A stretch of DNA of 17,080 bases from Gemmatimonadota bacterium (GTDB lineage: Bacteria; Gemmatimonadota; Gemmatimonadetes; Gemmatimonadales; GWC2-71-9): NCBI GenBank assembly GCA_039588295.1, contig JBDHAB010000051.1, forward strand, positions 1 through 17,080, given 5' to 3'. The notes under the pieces are model-generated. The model did not search any database and was not told where the DNA came from. It saw only the letters and a list, made by a program, of their open reading frames with translations. The stretch's first letter is position 1. The number at the start of each line of letters is the position of its first letter. This document shows positions 15,794 through 17,080 of the stretch, piece after piece. A program made the position numbers and the translations under genes.

Positions 15794-16300
15794 TCACCGA
15801 CCAGCGCGGCGAACATGCCGTAGCGCCAGCCACCCCGCCACGACATACGATCCCGGGAAAGCCAGCGCTAGGACGGTCGTCTTGACGATCGCCTTCTTGA
15901 TACCGAGTTGAGGGACGCCCTCCACCGCACCCAACGCCATGGGCACGGTGGTCAGGAATACTGCGAAACCCACGTACAACAGGAGCGCGAACCCGAGGAG
16001 ACCGACGGCGAGGACCACGATCTGCCACCGCATGCCACGCGCGACTGCCGAGGCGATGAGCGCAAGCAGCCCCATCGTGGGCAGGGGGAGGCCGGAATAC
16101 GAGGCGGTGACGGTGCCAAACTCCCACTCCGGGCTCCCCCAATTCATGGGATACCAGGCCAGCGCGAAGTCCGCGAGTCCGACCACGGCTAGCACGAGGC
16201 CGAACCATCCGATCCAGCGCCAAGCCGTACCGATGTCCGGCGCAAGCACTCGGTCCCGTTTCTTAGCACCCTCTTGCACGAGCACCTGGCGCTCAGGCAT
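15794..16300 (-). CDS. Four-TM membrane protein, HpsJ-like
   Basis: ATG 16300 with GGAGG SD (alternative 16315). Hydrophobic helices flank WYPMNWGSPEWEFGTVTASYSGLPLPTMGLLAL. Confidence 0.8.
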   Translation of the reverse strand: MPERQVLVQEGAKKRDRVLAPDIGTAWRWIGWFGLVLAVVGLADFALAWYPMNWGSPEWEFGTVTASYSGLPLPTMGLLALIASAVARGMRWQIVVLAVGLLGFALLLYVGFAVFLTTVPMALGAVEGVPQLGIKKAIVKTTVLALAFPGSYVVAGWLALRHVRRAGR

Positions 16301-16379
16301 ACGCTCGACCTCCATTGCCGGCCAATCGTGGGCTGGCCGCGCAGCTAATTGTAGATCTCACAGCTGTCGATCTTCACCA

Positions 16380-17080
16380 CTACCGCTTCACCACATCGGC
16401 ATTGCCTCGGGGCTTCAGCTGCCACGATCCCCCCGCCGGCACCAGGACCCCCGTGGCGTCGATTGCCACTCCCGGATCCAACCCTGTGAGGTCGAACACA
16501 ATGTCAGTGTCCAGCAGGATCTCGAGCACGCCCACCGTGAGGACGAACCCCACCGAGTTCGTGGCGGTATCCGCGATCGTGACGTTCCGCACCTCGGCAA
16601 GACCCGCGTCGAGGCGTCCCCCATCGGCGGAGGCCGCAACTCCCGTGGTCACCACTTCTGCGGGGGGGATCAACCGGTTGATGTCGAGCACGATGACGGA
16701 GACGTCGTCCAAGACGGGTTGGCCCTCGCGGCTCGCCGGTGTTCCCAGGAGCCGCACGCTGTCGCCCGCGAGAACCGTGCCTCTGCGGACCCGAGTGGCG
16801 CGTATCGCAGCTCCAGTGTCGGCCACGTGGAGCGTCGTATCCCCAAACACGCCCAGGCTCGCGATCACGATCCCGTCGACGAACAGCTTGCCTCCCCCAG
16901 TAGCCGCGCGCGCCTCAATCACCGAGACCTTCGGAAAGCTGACGGCCACCGTAACCACGACGGTCTCATCAGGCCGCAGGGTCACTTCGGAGGTGTCGAT
17001 GCGCACGACGTCCACCGAATCCCCCACCGTTCCGGGGGCCACCACGAGCTCGTACCGACCGACGGGAACAGAGGACATCG
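16380..17080 (-). CDS. Extracytoplasmic protein, 5'-truncated: end of a beta-sandwich domain plus two OB-fold-like domains
   Basis: Open to the right edge. VPVGRYELVV..., VSVIEARA...LFVDGIV...LHVADTGAAI...GDSVRLLG, and terminal WQLKPRGNADV resembling extracellular OB-fold (DUF5689/YhcR-like) repeats. Confidence 0.75.
   Translation of the reverse strand, partial: MSSVPVGRYELVVAPGTVGDSVDVVRIDTSEVTLRPDETVVVTVAVSFPKVSVIEARAATGGGKLFVDGIVIASLGVFGDTTLHVADTGAAIRATRVRRGTVLAGDSVRLLGTPASREGQPVLDDVSVIVLDINRLIPPAEVVTTGVAASADGGRLDAGLAEVRNVTIADTATNSVGFVLTVGVLEILLDTDIVFDLTGLDPGVAIDATGVLVPAGGSWQLKPRGNADVVKR

Noticed and set aside
15558..16223. 222-aa N-terminal extension of the PEP-CTERM ORF
   Set aside because: Overlaps the HpsJ-like gene and the sigma54 promoter; the signal peptide begins at ATG 15557.
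1..17080. CRISPR arrays, tRNA/rRNA genes, transposases, integrases
   Set aside because: None recognised by eye; the repeats seen are Ig-domain coding repeats and short regulatory dyads.

Overview
GC-rich bacterial window holding part of an exopolysaccharide / PEP-CTERM cell-envelope locus. The Big_2 lipoproteins and gene repertoire look Gemmatimonadota-like, which is inference only. Gene order: two minus-strand Ig-like (Big_2) lipoproteins (the first runs off the left edge and is absent from the ORF track); a divergent CE4 polysaccharide deacetylase and GT4 glycosyltransferase; a convergent minus-strand block of NodU/SxtI-type O-carbamoyltransferase, SxtJ-family membrane protein, 50-aa DUF5989/SxtK-like protein (absent from the ORF track), SGNH protein, DegT aminotransferase and O-antigen ligase/Wzy-like protein; a second SGNH protein; a FemAB-like GNAT; a PEP-CTERM protein; an HpsJ-like membrane protein; and a partial OB-fold surface protein. 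Two observations stand out. (1) A fully pairable cyclic-dinucleotide GEMM-I riboswitch (1028-1119, minus) sits in front of the first Ig-like lipoprotein and has A at the specificity position 20, as in cGAMP-sensing variants. (2) The DUF5989 microprotein ends in FIYTIF, matching the DltX/MBOAT tyrosine acyl-shuttle hexapeptide, and lies between a carbamoyltransferase and SGNH enzymes, suggesting a trans-envelope carbamoylation relay for a surface glycan. Several sigma54-type -24/-12 elements and a recurrent TGTTGCA motif lie in the intergenic regions.
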